63,894 nt of DNA, filler included, from Octopus bimaculoides (GCF_001194135.2; 6 parts of 6 records of this genome joined end to end with filler, not necessarily neighbours in it); one strand, 5' to 3'. Shown: positions 1-12,837, counted from the whole stretch's first letter. The notes: generated by a model not told the origin, from the sequence alone. Made by a program: numbers and translations.

Positions 1-51
<51 letters not shown>

Positions 52-369
52 CACACACACATACATACGCACGCACACACACACGTCTTTCCCTCTTTCT
101 GTTTCCCTATCTCTCTCTCTCTCTCTCTCTTCTTACCACACCCACCATTACCCTCACTACTTCCTTTCAATCCACACCATACAAAGGTACACACACACAC
201 GCATGCACACACATGCACAAATACATTTACACACATACACACATTATACATATAATCTATGTATCATGTATGTATGTGTGATATATACATGTGTATACAT
301 ACATGTGTGTGTATGTGTGTGTGTGTGTGTGTGTGTGTTTGTGTGTGTATCTTTTACCATTTTTTATTA

Positions 370-768
370 TTTTCTTATTTTAGTCATTAGACTGCAGCCA
401 TGCTGGGGCACAACTTTCTAAGGTTTTAAGTTGAAGGAACTGACCCCAATATTGTTAAGCCTGGTATTTTACTTAATATATATCTTTTGCTTAAACACTA
501 AGTTTTTGGGATATAAACAAACCAACATCAATTGTCACTCATTAGTGTGGGGAAAACACCCACAAATGCATGCGCGCACGCACACACACACACTCACACA
601 TATTTGAGATAGGCTCCTTTCAGTTTCCAGCTACCAATTCTACTCCCAAGGCTTTGGTTGATACAAGAGCTATAGTAGAAGACACTTGCCCAAGTTGCCC
701 GCAGTGGGACTGAACCCGGAACCATGTGGTTAGGAAACTTCTTACCACAGAACCATGCCTGTGCCTAT
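370..768 (-). mobile_element. tRNA-headed SINE, working family A (diverged copy)
   Basis: Matches the 20356-20814 copy: tail motif gtcattagactgcagccatgctgg, internal (CA)n, head motif gaagacacttgcccaag...gggactgaaccc. Confidence 0.85.
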
Positions 769-777
769 ATTTATATA

Positions 778-1123
778 TCATCATCATCATCATCGTTTAA
801 CGTTTGCTTTCCATGCTGGCATGGGTTGGACGATTTGACTGAGGACTAGCAAACCAGATGGCTATGCCAGGCTCCAATCTGATCTGGCAGAGTTTCTCCA
901 ACTGGATGCCCTTCCTAACACCAACCACTCTGAGAGTGTAGTGGGTGCTTTTACATGACACTGGCACGAGGCCCAGTCAGGCAGTACTGGCAACGGCCAC
1001 GCTCAAATGGTGTTTTTACGTGCCACCGGCAAGAGGGCGAGTCAGTGGACCTGGCAATGATCATGTTCGGATGGTGCTCTTAGCGCTCCACTAGCACGGA
1101 TGCCAATCATGCGGTGGTGTCAT
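778..1123 (-). mobile_element. SINE-like repeat, working family B, with (GAT)n tail
   Basis: (ATC)n-gtttaacg...ccatgctggcatgggttgga...ggatgcccttcctaac, then three ~65-bp subrepeats; recurs at 2545, 21769 and 25103. Confidence 0.85.
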
Positions 1124-1193
1124 TGAATTATATATATATACATACACACACTCTCACACACACACACACACACACACATACACACTCACACAC

Positions 1194-1247
<54 letters not shown>

Positions 1248-1364
1248 GTGTGTGAGTGTATGTGTATGTATGTATGTATATATGTGTATGTATGTATGTA
1301 TGTATATTTGTATATATATGTATGTATATATATGTATATACACATATATATCTGTGTGCGTGTG

Positions 1365-1591
1365 TTTGTGTTTATGTTTGTTCCCCCCACCCATCACCGC
1401 TTGACACCTGATGTTGGTGTGTTTACCTCTCCATAACTTAGTGGTTCGGCGAAAGAGACCGATAGAATAAATACTAGGCTTACCAAAGAATAAGCCCTGG
1501 AGTTGATTTCTTCGACTAAAAAAAAAAACCTTTAAGGATGCTCCCCCCCCCCTACAGTCAAATGACTAAAACAAGTAAAAGAATAAAAGAC
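1365..1591 (+). mobile_element. Family A SINE, 3' half
   Basis: cgcttgacacctgatgttggtgtgtttac...gagaccgatagaataa...gtcaaatgactaaaacaagtaaaaga is the reverse complement of the family A tail. Confidence 0.85.
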
Positions 1592-2226
1592 CGTGTGTGC
1601 ATGTGTGTGTGTGTGTTTGTGTGTGTGTGCATATATGCATGCACATGTATGTGTCTGTATGTATCAAATATATAATGGGGGAATGCTTCTTGTCAGTCAC
1701 ATCTCTTGTTCTTTCTTTCTCTTTTATGTCATTTATATATCTTCTCTTACCGCCACCCCAATAGAATAAGAACCACCACCACCATCGTCACCACCCCCCG
1801 CCACCCACACCCAACCACTACTTCCACTACCATTCCCAGCTGACACCCGATTCTCCTCCTTCCCCTCCTCCACCTCCACCCTTCCCTCAACAACACTTCT
1901 GACTGAATACCAGCTATTGTTTACTTGCTAAGAAGTGTTTTACACTTCTGTTTTATTCTTGCTTTGTTGATGTTGGTGGTGTCGAGTGCATGCATATGTA
2001 TGACTATGTATGTGCGTATGTATGTGTGAACTTGTGTGTTGGAGGGTGCTGTTGGTGTGCATGTGCAGGGTGGGGGTGGCGTGAATGGCAGCTGCTTGTT
2101 TACATTTTTGTTTATAAACTCATAATTGTTTGCAATGAGGAAAATATATACACATGTGTAAATATATGTATATCTCATTTTCCCCCTCTTTCTTTCTCAT
2201 CAGTCTCACACACACACATATGTATA

Positions 2227-2532
2227 GTGAAGGTGTGTAGTTGAGTGGTAAGGGTGTTCGGCTTATGATTGTAAGGCGGCGTGTTGCGTCCTTGAGCAAG
2301 ACACTTTATTTCACATTACTCCAGTCCACTGTGCTGGCAAACATGAGTCGTACCTGTAATTCAAAGGGCCAGCCTGGTCACATTCTGTGTCATGCTGATT
2401 CCCCCTGAGAACTGCATTAAGGGTACATGTGTCTGTGGAGTGCTCAGCCACTTGCACGTTAATTTGACAAGCAGGCTGTTCCATTGATAGGATCAACTGG
2501 AACCCACATCATCATAACTGACAGACTGCCAG
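2227..2532 (+). mobile_element. tRNA-headed SINE, working family C
   Basis: gtccttgagcaagacactttatttcac...aagggtacatgtgtctgtggagtgctcagccacttgcacgttaattt...gatcaactggaaccc; homologous to 11505, 14261, 31789 and 33655. Confidence 0.85.
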
Positions 2533-2544
2533 TTATATGCATAT

Positions 2545-2846
2545 ATCATCATCATCGTTTAACGTCCGTTTCCATGCTGGCATGGGTTGGACGGTTTGAC
2601 TGAGGACTGGCGAGCCAGATGGCTGCACCAGACTCTAATCTGATCTGGGAGAGTTTCTACAACTGGATGCCCTTCCTAATGCCGACCACTCCAAAAGTGT
2701 AGTGGATGCTTTTACGTGCCACCGGCATGAGGGCTAGTGAGGCAGTACTGGCAACGGCCACACTCAAATGTTGTTTTTATGTGCCACCTGCACATTCAGA
2801 TGGTGCTCTTAGCACCCTACTGGCACGGATGCCAGTCATGCAGTGC
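2545..2846 (-). mobile_element. Family B SINE-like repeat
   Basis: Collinear with 778-1123. Confidence 0.85.
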
Positions 2847-3361
2847 TATATATATATATATATNNNNNNNNNNNNNNNNNNNNNNNNNNNNNNNNNNNNN
2901 NNNNNNNNNNNNNNNNNNNNNNNNNNNNNNNNNNNNNNNNNNNNNNNNNNNNNNNNNNNNNNNNNNNNNNNNNNNNNNNNNNNNNNNNNNNNNNNNNNNN
3001 NNNNNNNNNNNNNNNNNNNNNNNNNNNNNNNNNNNNNNNNNNNNNNNNNNNNNNNNNNNNNNNNNNNNNNNNNNNNNNNNNNNNNNNNNNNNNNNNNNNN
3101 NNNNNNNNNNNNNNNNNNNNNNNNNNNNNNNNNNNNNNNNNNNNNNNNNNNNNNNNNNNNNNNNNNNNNNNNNNNNNNNNNNNNNNNNNNNNNNNNNNNN
3201 NNNNNNNNNNNNNNNNNNNNNNTTTAGCTGCTATTTCTAGCATTCTGCATAACTGTGTTGAGACACCATCATCAGTACATCTCAGAGTCATTTGTATCAA
3301 TAGAAAACTGTTAAGTAAACAATTAGTTAGACTGTAATATAATTAGTTTGTACAAGACATT

Positions 3362-3428
<67 letters not shown>

Positions 3429-3551
3429 CAGCTAACATACTGGATTATAATTAGTTTTCACACTGTGTCCCCTGTGTATGTGCATTTGTGTATGTATGTG
3501 CTGTCTACTGTGCGTCTATGCTATGTACTATTTTATGCATATGTATTGTAT

Positions 3552-3743
3552 GCTGGTGCCACGTAAAAAGCACTCTGTCCACTCTGCAGGGTGATTGGTG
3601 TTAGAAAGGGCATCCAGCCATAAAAACCATGCCAAAACAGGCACAGAAGTATGGTGCTGGCTTCTGTTTGGCCAGCTTCTGTCAAACCATCCAACCCATG
3701 CTAGCACAGAAGGAGGATGTTAAACGATGATGATGATGATGAT
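3552..3743 (+). mobile_element. Family B-related repeat, 3' part
   Basis: gccacgtaaaaagcac...ttagaaagggcatccagcc...ccaacccatgctagca...gttaaacgatgatgat. Confidence 0.8.
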
Positions 3744-4040
3744 AATGTATGCATATATATGCTTTTGTTTACAAGTACAAATATGCTTCCTATAGTATGT
3801 TTCTAAGCCCTGTAAAAGAACTTTGAAGGTTGGGCCTCCAACCAGGCCTTAATATTATAAAAGGAGGACACTTTAGACAACTGTACTCTTAGATATACTA
3901 TGGTTTAAACAAAATGTCACAATGATCATAATACAACATCATAATTCACTCGCTAACCTAAATTTCAATTATCACCATAAATACCTAAGTAATAAATATG
4001 CTTGCGCACCCATATAAGATTGTGTCTGATTTGGTCTGTA

Positions 4041-4255
4041 TGAGGGGTTGCTGAAAAGTTCCTGGCTTTAAGAGTATCACAAAAGGCCTGGCTGGAGGCC
4101 CAAACTTCTGAGTTCTTTTGCAGGGCTCAGAAAAACTGAATGACCACTGCAATAAGTGTGTGAATCTTAGAAGGGAATATGTTCGATAAAATCATAATTA
4201 ACTGATGCTCCTGAATTTTCTTTTACCGAAAGCCAGGAACTTTTCCACACTCCCT
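4041..4255 (+). mobile_element. mariner-derived MITE, copy 1
   Basis: TA-flanked; terminal inverted repeats share gaaaagttcctggcttt; the interior is a decayed mariner transposase C-terminus. Confidence 0.85.
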
Positions 4256-4397
4256 TATGTGTGTGTGTGTGTGTGTGTGTGTGTATACATATATATATAT
4301 ATATANNNNNNNNNNNNNNNNNNNNNNNNNNNNNNNNNNNNNNNNNNNNNNNNNNNNNNNNNNNNNNNNNNNNNNNNNNNNNNNGTATATATTGATA

Positions 4398-4616
4398 TAA
4401 GGGGCTCCTGAAAAGTTCTTGGCCTTAAGAGTATCACAGAAGTCCTGGTTGGAGGCCCAACCTTCTGAGTTCTTTTACAGGGCTTAGAAAATCTGAAGGA
4501 CTGCTACAATAAATGTGTGAATCTGAGAGGGGAATATGTTAAAAAAACATCATAATCAACTAATCCTCCTGTATTTTCTTTTATCCAAAGCCAGGAACTT
4601 TTCAATGCCCCTCCCC
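4398..4616 (+). mobile_element. mariner-derived MITE, copy 2
   Basis: Diverged homologue of copy 1; translates WLEAQPSEFF / QGLENLKDCYNKCVNLRGEYVK across a frameshift, resembling the mariner C-terminal FF..G..L..RW.KC....G.Y motif. Confidence 0.85.
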
Positions 4617-4753
4617 TATATATGTGGAAAAACTTTGCATTGATATTGATGTACCTAGGGAGGGTCAAAAGGCCAATAAAAAAGTGAATACATACACTGG
4701 TTCAACACCAGTTCTTTATTTTACCAATGCATTATTCAGTGGTTTATTTAATG

Positions 4754-4929
4754 CAAGGGTCACCAAAGTGGTCAATATCGACCCCTGGGGGTTGATGTGA
4801 CTATTCAAAGGGTCGATAAATGCCTGAAACTGCACATTTACTTAGTTATTATTATTATTCATATATTTTCTTATACATGTCTGGGGATCGATGAAGGGAT
4901 CTATGGTCTAAAAAGTTTGGGGACTCCTG
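4754..4929. mobile_element. hAT-type MITE
   Basis: Ends caagggtcaccaaagt / aagtttggggactcctg resemble CAGGGGTCCCCAAACT TIRs; imperfect 8-bp flanks atttaatg/gtttaatt. Confidence 0.7.
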
Positions 4930-5230
4930 GTTTAATTGTTGATTGAACAATCAATCGGTTGTTAGTTTTCTCTGTCAGAGCCCTTTCATGGTTATTCACG
5001 ACCTCATCAAGGCCTGCTTTGAATCTGTCTGAGAACTAGTCAAATGACTATGTGTGTGTCTACAAATACGAAGTATACACTAATATCAATGAGTGTACAT
5101 TTATCAATTTCTTTCACAGGCATATATATATATGTGTGTGTGTGTGTATGTGTACACATACACACACACACAAACATATACATATTCATGTATATATATG
5201 TACATACACACACACACATGCACACATAGA

Positions 5231-5342
5231 ATATAAAGAAAGTTGTCAGGAAGTATGAGGTGAATATATTTATTTCACCAGTTGATATCCACTAGTGAAA
5301 TAAATATACTTATCTCATACCTCCTGACAACTTCCTTTATAT
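5231..5342. repeat. Fold-back inverted repeat (~52-bp arms, 8-nt loop)
   Basis: aagttgtcaggaagtatgaggtgaatatatttatttcaccagt pairs with actagtgaaataaatatacttatctcatacctcctgacaactt. Confidence 0.9.
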
Positions 5343-5605
5343 CTTATATACTCCTCATGAAATAATTTTCGATGAGTGGATTTACAGGATTTCAACTGAT
5401 TAAGATTCTGCATTACACTCCTGCATATCAGTATGTAACTAGATCCACTAGCAGAGCTTCTGTGTGGTTACCACTGGATTATATAAATCTGCATATTGTA
5501 CATTAGACACAGACACACTCATCTACACACACACACTCATCTATACACGCACACACACACAGACACACACACACACATGCACACACATATATATATGTCA
5601 GTGTA

Positions 5606-5860
5606 GGTGCCACTTAAAAAGTGTTGTCTACACTGTAAAGTGGTTGGCATTTGGAAGGACACCTAGCTATAAAAACCTTGACAAAACTGACCTCCCCTGT
5701 GCCGGCGCCACATAAAAAGCACTCAGTCCACTCTGCTGGGTGATTGGTGTTAGGAAGGAGATCCAGCAATAAAAATCCTGCCGAAACAGACACAGAAGTC
5801 TGGTGCAAGCTTCTGTCTAGCTGGCTCCTGTCAAACCATCACACCCACCCATGCCTTGTA
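5606..5860 (+). mobile_element. Family B-related repeat
   Basis: Two gccac(a/t)taaaaa units plus a gttaggaaggagatccagc box and the ctcctgtcaaaccatc tail motif. Confidence 0.75.
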
Positions 5861-6115
5861 CTGGTGGTATGAAAAAAAACACAGCCAGTACACATTGAGA
5901 GGTCGTTTGCATTAGCATGCTCTTCCTAATACCAACTACTTTACAGAGTGGCATTTGGAAGAGCATTCAGCCATAGAAACCACATATGTGTGTGTGTGTG
6001 TGTCTGTGTTTGTACAGAAAGAGAGACAGACAGACAGACAAAAAGACAGATGGATGGACAGAGGGAGGTCAGAGGATGCACAAACACTCACCAACATATA
6101 AAGAAATGCATGCGT

Positions 6116-6150
<35 letters not shown>

Positions 6151-6662
6151 CACATACACAGCTGTACATAGACACATGTAATCGATATGTGTATCTGCAT
6201 ATATAGTCACATACATCTACATATAGATGTGTGCACACACACACATGCATGCACAATGGCACATATACTTGCATTTATGGTTAGTTACATCATATTTCAT
6301 ATACAGACACAAATATCTGCATTTTTTGAGGTACACACACATGCATACAAACGCAGACATAGAGCTCTGCCTGTATAGACACACACACACGCAGACACCT
6401 CCCCTCATCTGCTGCCTCTACTCATAAGCAGAATAATAAATCAATGACTGTCTCAATTCTGTCTCTGTCACTTGAGGTGATTTATTGTCCAGCAATAGCC
6501 AAGTGGTCAGCAAAAACTCAGCATTTGCTCAAGCAGCAATAGTGCAGGTTTGATATATTGCAGCCTGTCAGCTGACCTTTTTAATTAATTTGTGATGCTA
6601 ACTGGTAAAACACACACACACACACGTGCACATATGTATCTGTCTGTCTCTTTCTTTCTCTC

Positions 6663-6700
<38 letters not shown>

Positions 6701-6708
6701 TATGAGTA

Positions 6709-6739
<31 letters not shown>

Positions 6740-6756
6740 ATATATATATATATATA

Positions 6757-6930
6757 TCTTATATATAAATGGCAATTTCTGTCTTTTTGTCTGTTACCAT
6801 CTTGCTGCCTAAACCAGTGAACCAATCTTCACGAAACCTTGCATGTATGTTAAACTAAAATCCAGTTCAATAATAGGCGAATTGGATTTCAATAAAAATC
6901 TATAATGTGCCCCCTAGTGGGGTTGGGCGA
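6757..6930 (+). mobile_element. Possible 5' end of a non-autonomous Helitron/DINE-like element
   Basis: Starts tcttatatataaat, then ctgtctttttgtctgtt and gaaccaatcttcacgaaacctt, which resemble Helitron-N 5' ends; no 3' CTRR end found. Confidence 0.45.
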
Positions 6931-7759
6931 ATTATATGATAAAATGAGAAGTGTGCAGAAAGTATTAGTGTGAGGGAAATGTGGTGGCAGAGTGAGTGTG
7001 ACTGATATCAGAGGAGGAGAGAACAGCATTGTGTTAGCAACAAATCTGGAGTGGCAATGGGGTGATAACATTAATATAGCTGTCATATACACACACACAC
7101 ACACATACGCATAAGTAACTTTTAAAATGCTGAGGAAGTGAAAGAAAGGTGGGTGTGAGGAATACATAGCTTTAAGGAGAGGGAAGGTAGGTGGCTTTTC
7201 TGTTGTCCATCGCAAAGAAACACTCACACACAGATACACAAACATACATACAGATATATATATACAGACATACGTACATATATGGATATGTCTACTATAC
7301 ACCATTTTAAACTCATGATTACCTGTATGTACATTTGTAAATGTGTGTGTGTGAGTCCTATAACTGTCTGTCTCTCTACTTTTGTAGGGTCTTCCTTGTT
7401 GCTGTCACGTAATATGATCTTTTAGAATTACATCCAAATTTTCAAATTCGGTATATTGAAATAATTATCCATCTTAAATCCGATTTTGTTATTTATTTGT
7501 GCCAGAAACATGTTACTGAGATTTAAAGTTTAATCAATTTTACCTAATCAGAAAACAGGATTTCGAAGCTGGCATTTTCTGCATGATAGCAGAATGAATG
7601 CAAAATCACTAGGAGGAGAAAGTTTTATTGAACAAACGGAAGCACAGCATTACAATGACCAAAGTTCTAAGAACTTCTGAAGTTTTAATAAGTTTTAATG
7701 AATAAAATCATGTAAAACGGCCAAACAAACATGTAAATAATTTAAAAAGGAAAATAATC

Positions 7760-8083
7760 CTTGCCTTGTGAGTTACTTGGTGACCCTGCCAGTGCTGGTG
7801 CCAAGTAAAAAGCATCCAGTCCACACTGTAAAATGGTTGGTATTTGGAAGGGGCATCCAGCTGTAAAAATCATACCAAAACTGAATCACCTGTGCTGGTG
7901 CCACATAAAAAGCACTCAGTCCACTCTATGGGGTGGTTGGTGTTAGGAAGGGCATCCAGACATAGAAACCATGTCAAAACAGACACAGAAGCCTGGTGTT
8001 GTCTTCTGCCTGGCCAGCTCCTGTCAAACTGTCCAACTCATGCCAGCATGGAAGGCAGCCGTTAGACGATGATGATTATGATG
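7760..8083 (+). mobile_element. Family B-related repeat
   Basis: Repeated gctggtgcca..taaaaagca units, two ggaagggcatccag boxes, and a gatgatgat tail. Confidence 0.8.
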
Positions 8084-8261
8084 AGGGATCACCTCCTTGT
8101 ACCTTGGGGGTTACTCTTTGTTACCTCATCTCCATCGTACTTTCACTCTTTCACCTTTACACCTTTTCCTGCTCGGCTACCCATGTATCTCTTCTACTGC
8201 AAGACACCTTTCTCTCTTTCCTACTGCATTTCCACTCTGTAAAGGGGCTTCTAAGTTATTT

Positions 8262-8460
8262 GGTGAGCTAACTTGAGTAGGTATCGTGAGAAAAGTGCAC
8301 TCTGTAAAGTGGTTGGTGTTAAGAAGAGCATCCAGCCATAGAAACCTTAGCAGAGCAAGCACCGGAGACCAAGACAAGCTTCAGGACAGTCAGATCCTGT
8401 CAAATGACTCAACTTATATACCAACATGGAAGACAGATGTTAAATGATGACAACAATGAT
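8262..8460 (+). mobile_element. Family B-related repeat (decayed)
   Basis: gtggttggtgttaagaagagcatccagcc...ccaacatggaagacagatgttaaatgatgac. Confidence 0.7.
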
Positions 8461-9135
8461 AATATATATATATATATACATAAGTTTATGTATATATTAA
8501 TATTATCTCAGTTTAAAAAAAACCTTGACAATGTAAATATGTTAATAGTTACCATGGGTAGCAAAAATCACACTAAAACTAGGATATCACACCCATTTTA
8601 TAGGTAGAGATACCAAGTTAAAGCGATGGAATTAAAGGAACTTATTGTTTATATGCGTTTTGCTCCATTTATTATTATTCTTCATATAGAAATATATATA
8701 TATATTTATAGATAGATAGATAGATAGATATGCATAAGTGTGTGTGTGTGCATAGGCATGGCTAAGTAGTTAAGATGTCTGCTTCACAACCATGAGGCCC
8801 CAGGTTCAATTCCACAGTGTGGTAACTCAGACAAGTACCCTTACCTCTCAGGTCAATCCATATCATGTGAGTGAAACTAGGTAGACGGAAATGAGAAGCC
8901 TCTCGAGTTGAGTGTACCTTACTCAGCCATTTATGCATTATATATTGGGTTCAAGGAGTATATCAGCCAGTTGGTTGGAGAGCATTCATTTGTTGAAACT
9001 GGTGGTAGAATTCATAGTCATGATACTGGTACTTGAAAAGTGTGATTGTAAAAAATAGATATACCTATATACATCATGTATGCATAAGTGATATCTATCT
9101 ATATACATATTATATATGTGTATATATATCATATA

Positions 9136-9181
<46 letters not shown>

Positions 9182-9327
9182 TAAATATATACACACACAC
9201 ACATAAATATATACACATACATGTGTATGTATACTCATATGTACATATCTATATAAATATATGTATATACAAGTATATGTATGTATGTCTGTATATATTT
9301 GCATATTATAACCATATATATCTATGA

Positions 9328-9394
<67 letters not shown>

Positions 9395-10038
9395 TAAGCA
9401 CATACATATATGTGTATATATATATGTGTGTGCATATACATATCCATATACACACTCACAGAACCACTCACACACGCATGCGCACATAGAAGCACTCATG
9501 CACACACACACACACACAGTCTCACATAGAAGCACCCATGCACACACACACACACACATACACTCAAACACCAACCAAGTGAGATCGAATGACAAATAAA
9601 TAGATCAAGCAAATAACAGAATGATTGATGGATAGATAAATAAAAAATGACTTCTGTCAGTTTAGCAAGACATTCTTCTTGCTTTTGAATGTATTTCTCA
9701 CTGAACTGGACGGCTTTCATCATGGACACAAAGTTATCTCTTGTTTAATCAGAACATTGTTTGATCTCAGAAAGAAATAGAAAGCGAACCTTCAAAATCA
9801 TTATTGAATTGAATTGCAAAAAATACCAAAGGAGAAAACAAAAAAATTGAATAGAAATCCCTGACAGGAGAAAAATAAAAATGGGTTTTGAAACTGGTAA
9901 GGGACTGGAATTGTAGACTTAACTTCATGTTTTCTAACCTTAAATAAATATTAAGCTCTGTCAGATATCTCAATGGTTTTATATTTGTTTTAAAAGGGGT
10001 GCGAATATGGCAAGTTTGGTATAGTCAAGTTGACCTTA

Positions 10039-10435
10039 CAAGGTGGTATCAAAAGGTTACCATACTAGTTATGTTTGATAGAAAATAACTTATTTACGTA
10101 ATTTTTAACGTCATCTTCTTTGAAATAGTCACCTTGTGCAACTAAACATCGGTCCTATTGTTCCTGCCGCTTTTGGAATCTGATCTGGAAATTCTTTTCC
10201 GTAAGTGAATCGAGGATCTTCTGTGATTCGCTCTGGATCTCGACAATGGTGTTGAAATGGCAACCTTTGAGTTTTCATCTTGGGGAAGAGATGGAAGTTT
10301 GCAAGTGCTAAATCTGGTGAATAGGGTGTGGAAGCAATACCAAGTTGTTTTTAGCAAGAAATTCAGAAGTCGGTGAAGAATCCCATTCTTTGCGCTCCAC
10401 TTGTTCTGAGTTTCAATCGTTTTAAGGTAAACTTT
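10039..10435 (-). mobile_element. mariner transposase 3' remnant with terminal repeat
   Basis: Minus strand with frameshifts: EFLAKNNLVLLPH / PYSPDLALANFHLFPKMK / LKGCHFNTIVEIQSESQKILDSLTEKNFQIRFQKRQEQ*DRCLVAQGDYFKED. YSPDLA is the mariner motif; ends in TA-caaggtggtatcaaaagg. Confidence 0.9.
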
Positions 10436-10561
10436 GCCTCCTATCTTCTTGAATCAAAAAAGATTCAGCCACTGTAGAAAGAGGTATGGGAGCTGGATGA
10501 ACTATCCCCTCCCTGCCCACATAGCACCTTCAGTTGACTTAGCCATCTTTTCATTAGATTT

Positions 10562-10767
10562 TAAATTTTGGTACAAGGCCAGCAATTTGTGGGGAGGGGT
10601 TAAGTTGATTAACGTCAGCCCAGTATTCAACTGGTACTTATTTTATCAACACTGAAAAGGATGAAAAGCAAAGTCAACCTCAGGAGAATTTGAACTATGA
10701 ATGTAAAGGCAGACAAAATGCTGCTAAGCATCTTCATTGCACAAACAATTCTGCTAGCTTCTGCCTT

Positions 10768-10801
<34 letters not shown>

Positions 10802-11503
10802 CCTTTCTACTAAAGGGCACAGGTCTGAAATTTGGGGGAAGGGATTAGTCGATTACATTGACCCCAGTGTTTCACTGGTATTTAATTTATTGAACCCAAA
10901 AGGATGAAAGGCAAAGTCGACCTCAGCAGAATTTGAACTCTGTATGTAGTGATGGGTTAGGGTTAGGGTTATCACTACACACTTTGTCCAGCATACTGAC
11001 AATTCTGCCTGTTCTCTGTCTTAATCGTAATAATAATCCTTTCTACTAAAGGTGCAAGGCCTGCCTGAAATTTTGGGGGAGGGGATTAGTTGATTACATC
11101 AACCATAGTGTTTCACTGGTACTTAATTTATTGATCCTGAAAGGATGAAAGGCAACGTTGACCTTGGCAGAATTTGAACCCAGAATGTAAAGACAGGCGA
11201 AATATCTATTTCTTTACTACCCACAAGGGGCTACACACAGAGGGGACAAACAACGACAGACAAATAGATTAAGTCGATTACATCGACCCCAGTGCGTAAC
11301 TGGTACTTATTTAATCGACCCCGAAAGGATGAAAGGCAACGACCTCGGCGGAATTTGAACTCAGAACATAGCAGCAGACGAAATACCGCTAAGCATTTTG
11401 CCCGGCGTGCTAACGTTTCTGCCAGCTCACCGCCTTAAGACAAGCGAAATATCGCTAAGCATTTTGTCTGGCATGCCAACAATTCTACCAGCTCACTGCC
11501 TTT
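10562..11503 (-). mobile_element. Cluster of four family D SINEs, one nested
   Basis: Four copies of ctggtacttatttt atcgaccccgaaaggatgaaaggcaaagtcgacctc..gaatttgaactc; copy 11207-11436 sits inside another with a 17-bp TSD. Confidence 0.9.
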
Positions 11504-11504
11504 A

Positions 11505-11895
11505 TATTGTTGTTGTTGGCACTCCGTCGCTTACGACGTCAAGGGTTCCAGTTGATCCGATCAATAGAACAGCCTGCTCGTGAAATTAACGTGCAAGTGG
11601 CTGAGCACTCCACAGACACGTGTACCCTTAACGTAGTTCTCGGGGATATTCAGCGTGACAGTGTGACAAGGCTGACCCTTTGAATTACAGGCACAACAAC
11701 AGAAACAGGAAGTAAGAGTGAGAGAAAGTTGTGGTGGAAGAGTACAGCAGGGTTCGCCACCATCCCCTGCCGGAGCCTCGTGGAGCTTTAGGTGTTTTAG
11801 CTCAATAAACACTCACAACGCCCGGTCTGGGAATCGAAGCTATGATCCTATGCCCGTGAGTCCGCTGCCCTAACCACTGGGCCATTGCGCTTCCA
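11505..11895 (-). mobile_element. Family C subfamily SINE, full length
   Basis: Head with A-box TGGCCCAGTGG and B-box-like CTTCGATTCCC; (AAC)n tail; highly similar to 14261-14634. Confidence 0.9.
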
Positions 11896-11929
11896 TTGCC
11901 TTTTTATATAATAATAAAAATAATAATAA

Positions 11930-12172
11930 TAATAATAACAATAATAATAATAACAATGGTTTCAAATTTTGCCACAAGGGCTGCAATTTTGGGGGAGGGG
12001 ATGCGTTGATTATATCGACCCCAATCTTCAACTGGTATTTATTTTATTGACCCCACAAAGGATGAAAGGCAAAGTCAACCTCAGCAGAAATTGAACTCAG
12101 AACAGAGCGACGGGCAAAATACCACGAAGCATTTCATCCAGCGTTCTAACAATTCCGCTGGCTTGCTTCCTT
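11930..12172 (-). mobile_element. Family D SINE
   Basis: (AAT)n tail plus the gaccccacaaaggatgaaaggcaaagtcaacctc core. Confidence 0.85.
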
Positions 12173-12791
12173 AAATAATAATAATAATAATAATGATAAC
12201 AATAATGAGAATGACGATGATTTTTTTTTTTTTTTGGCTTTTGGCACAAGATCAGAAATTCAGGGATATGCAAGTGTGGACGACAGTGGGGTGTGGTTAA
12301 CAATCATAGTTTGAAATTAGGATTGATAAAAGAGCCGCCAGTCTGTCTCCCCTCTGCCTTCCGCCATTCTCCTCGATGAGAAAGGGACTGAAGTATGTAG
12401 GGTGGGTGTTGGAGGAATTGACCTATTAGTCCTCATCTATATATACTTCTGGATAATGTCTCAGAAGCTGATGTGATGGGGGTGGGCGGCTGAGCGAGAG
12501 ACAGAGAGAACAGAGAAAGGCGTGGTCAATGTGTGCGGTGCACTTTTGAACCTTTAATAGTGTGTGTGTGTGTGAGTGTGTGTATGCACATGCATGCATT
12601 TGTATGTGAGATTCTCCATGCATGTACGCATTCGTGTTCTTTTGCCTGTTTAAGCATTGAGTATATGAATGTAATAGCAGAAATTTGTGCCTGTGTGAAT
12701 TGCTTATACTGTGTGTGTGTGTGTGTGTGTGTGTGCATTTGTGCGACTGAAATGATGTGTGTATGCCTGTTCAGTAATACAAATAAATATT

Positions 12792-12837
<46 letters not shown>

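Noticed and set aside
9640-9780. Protein-looking open frames on both strands (e.g. MMKAVQFSEKYIQKQEECLAKLTE)
   Set aside because: No convincing splice-site pair, a stop lies just upstream, and I recognise no homology.
10562-11503. Regularly recurring conserved blocks resembling a repeat-spacer (CRISPR-like) array
   Set aside because: They are adjacent diverged SINE copies in eukaryotic DNA; there are no identical short repeats with unique spacers and no cas genes.
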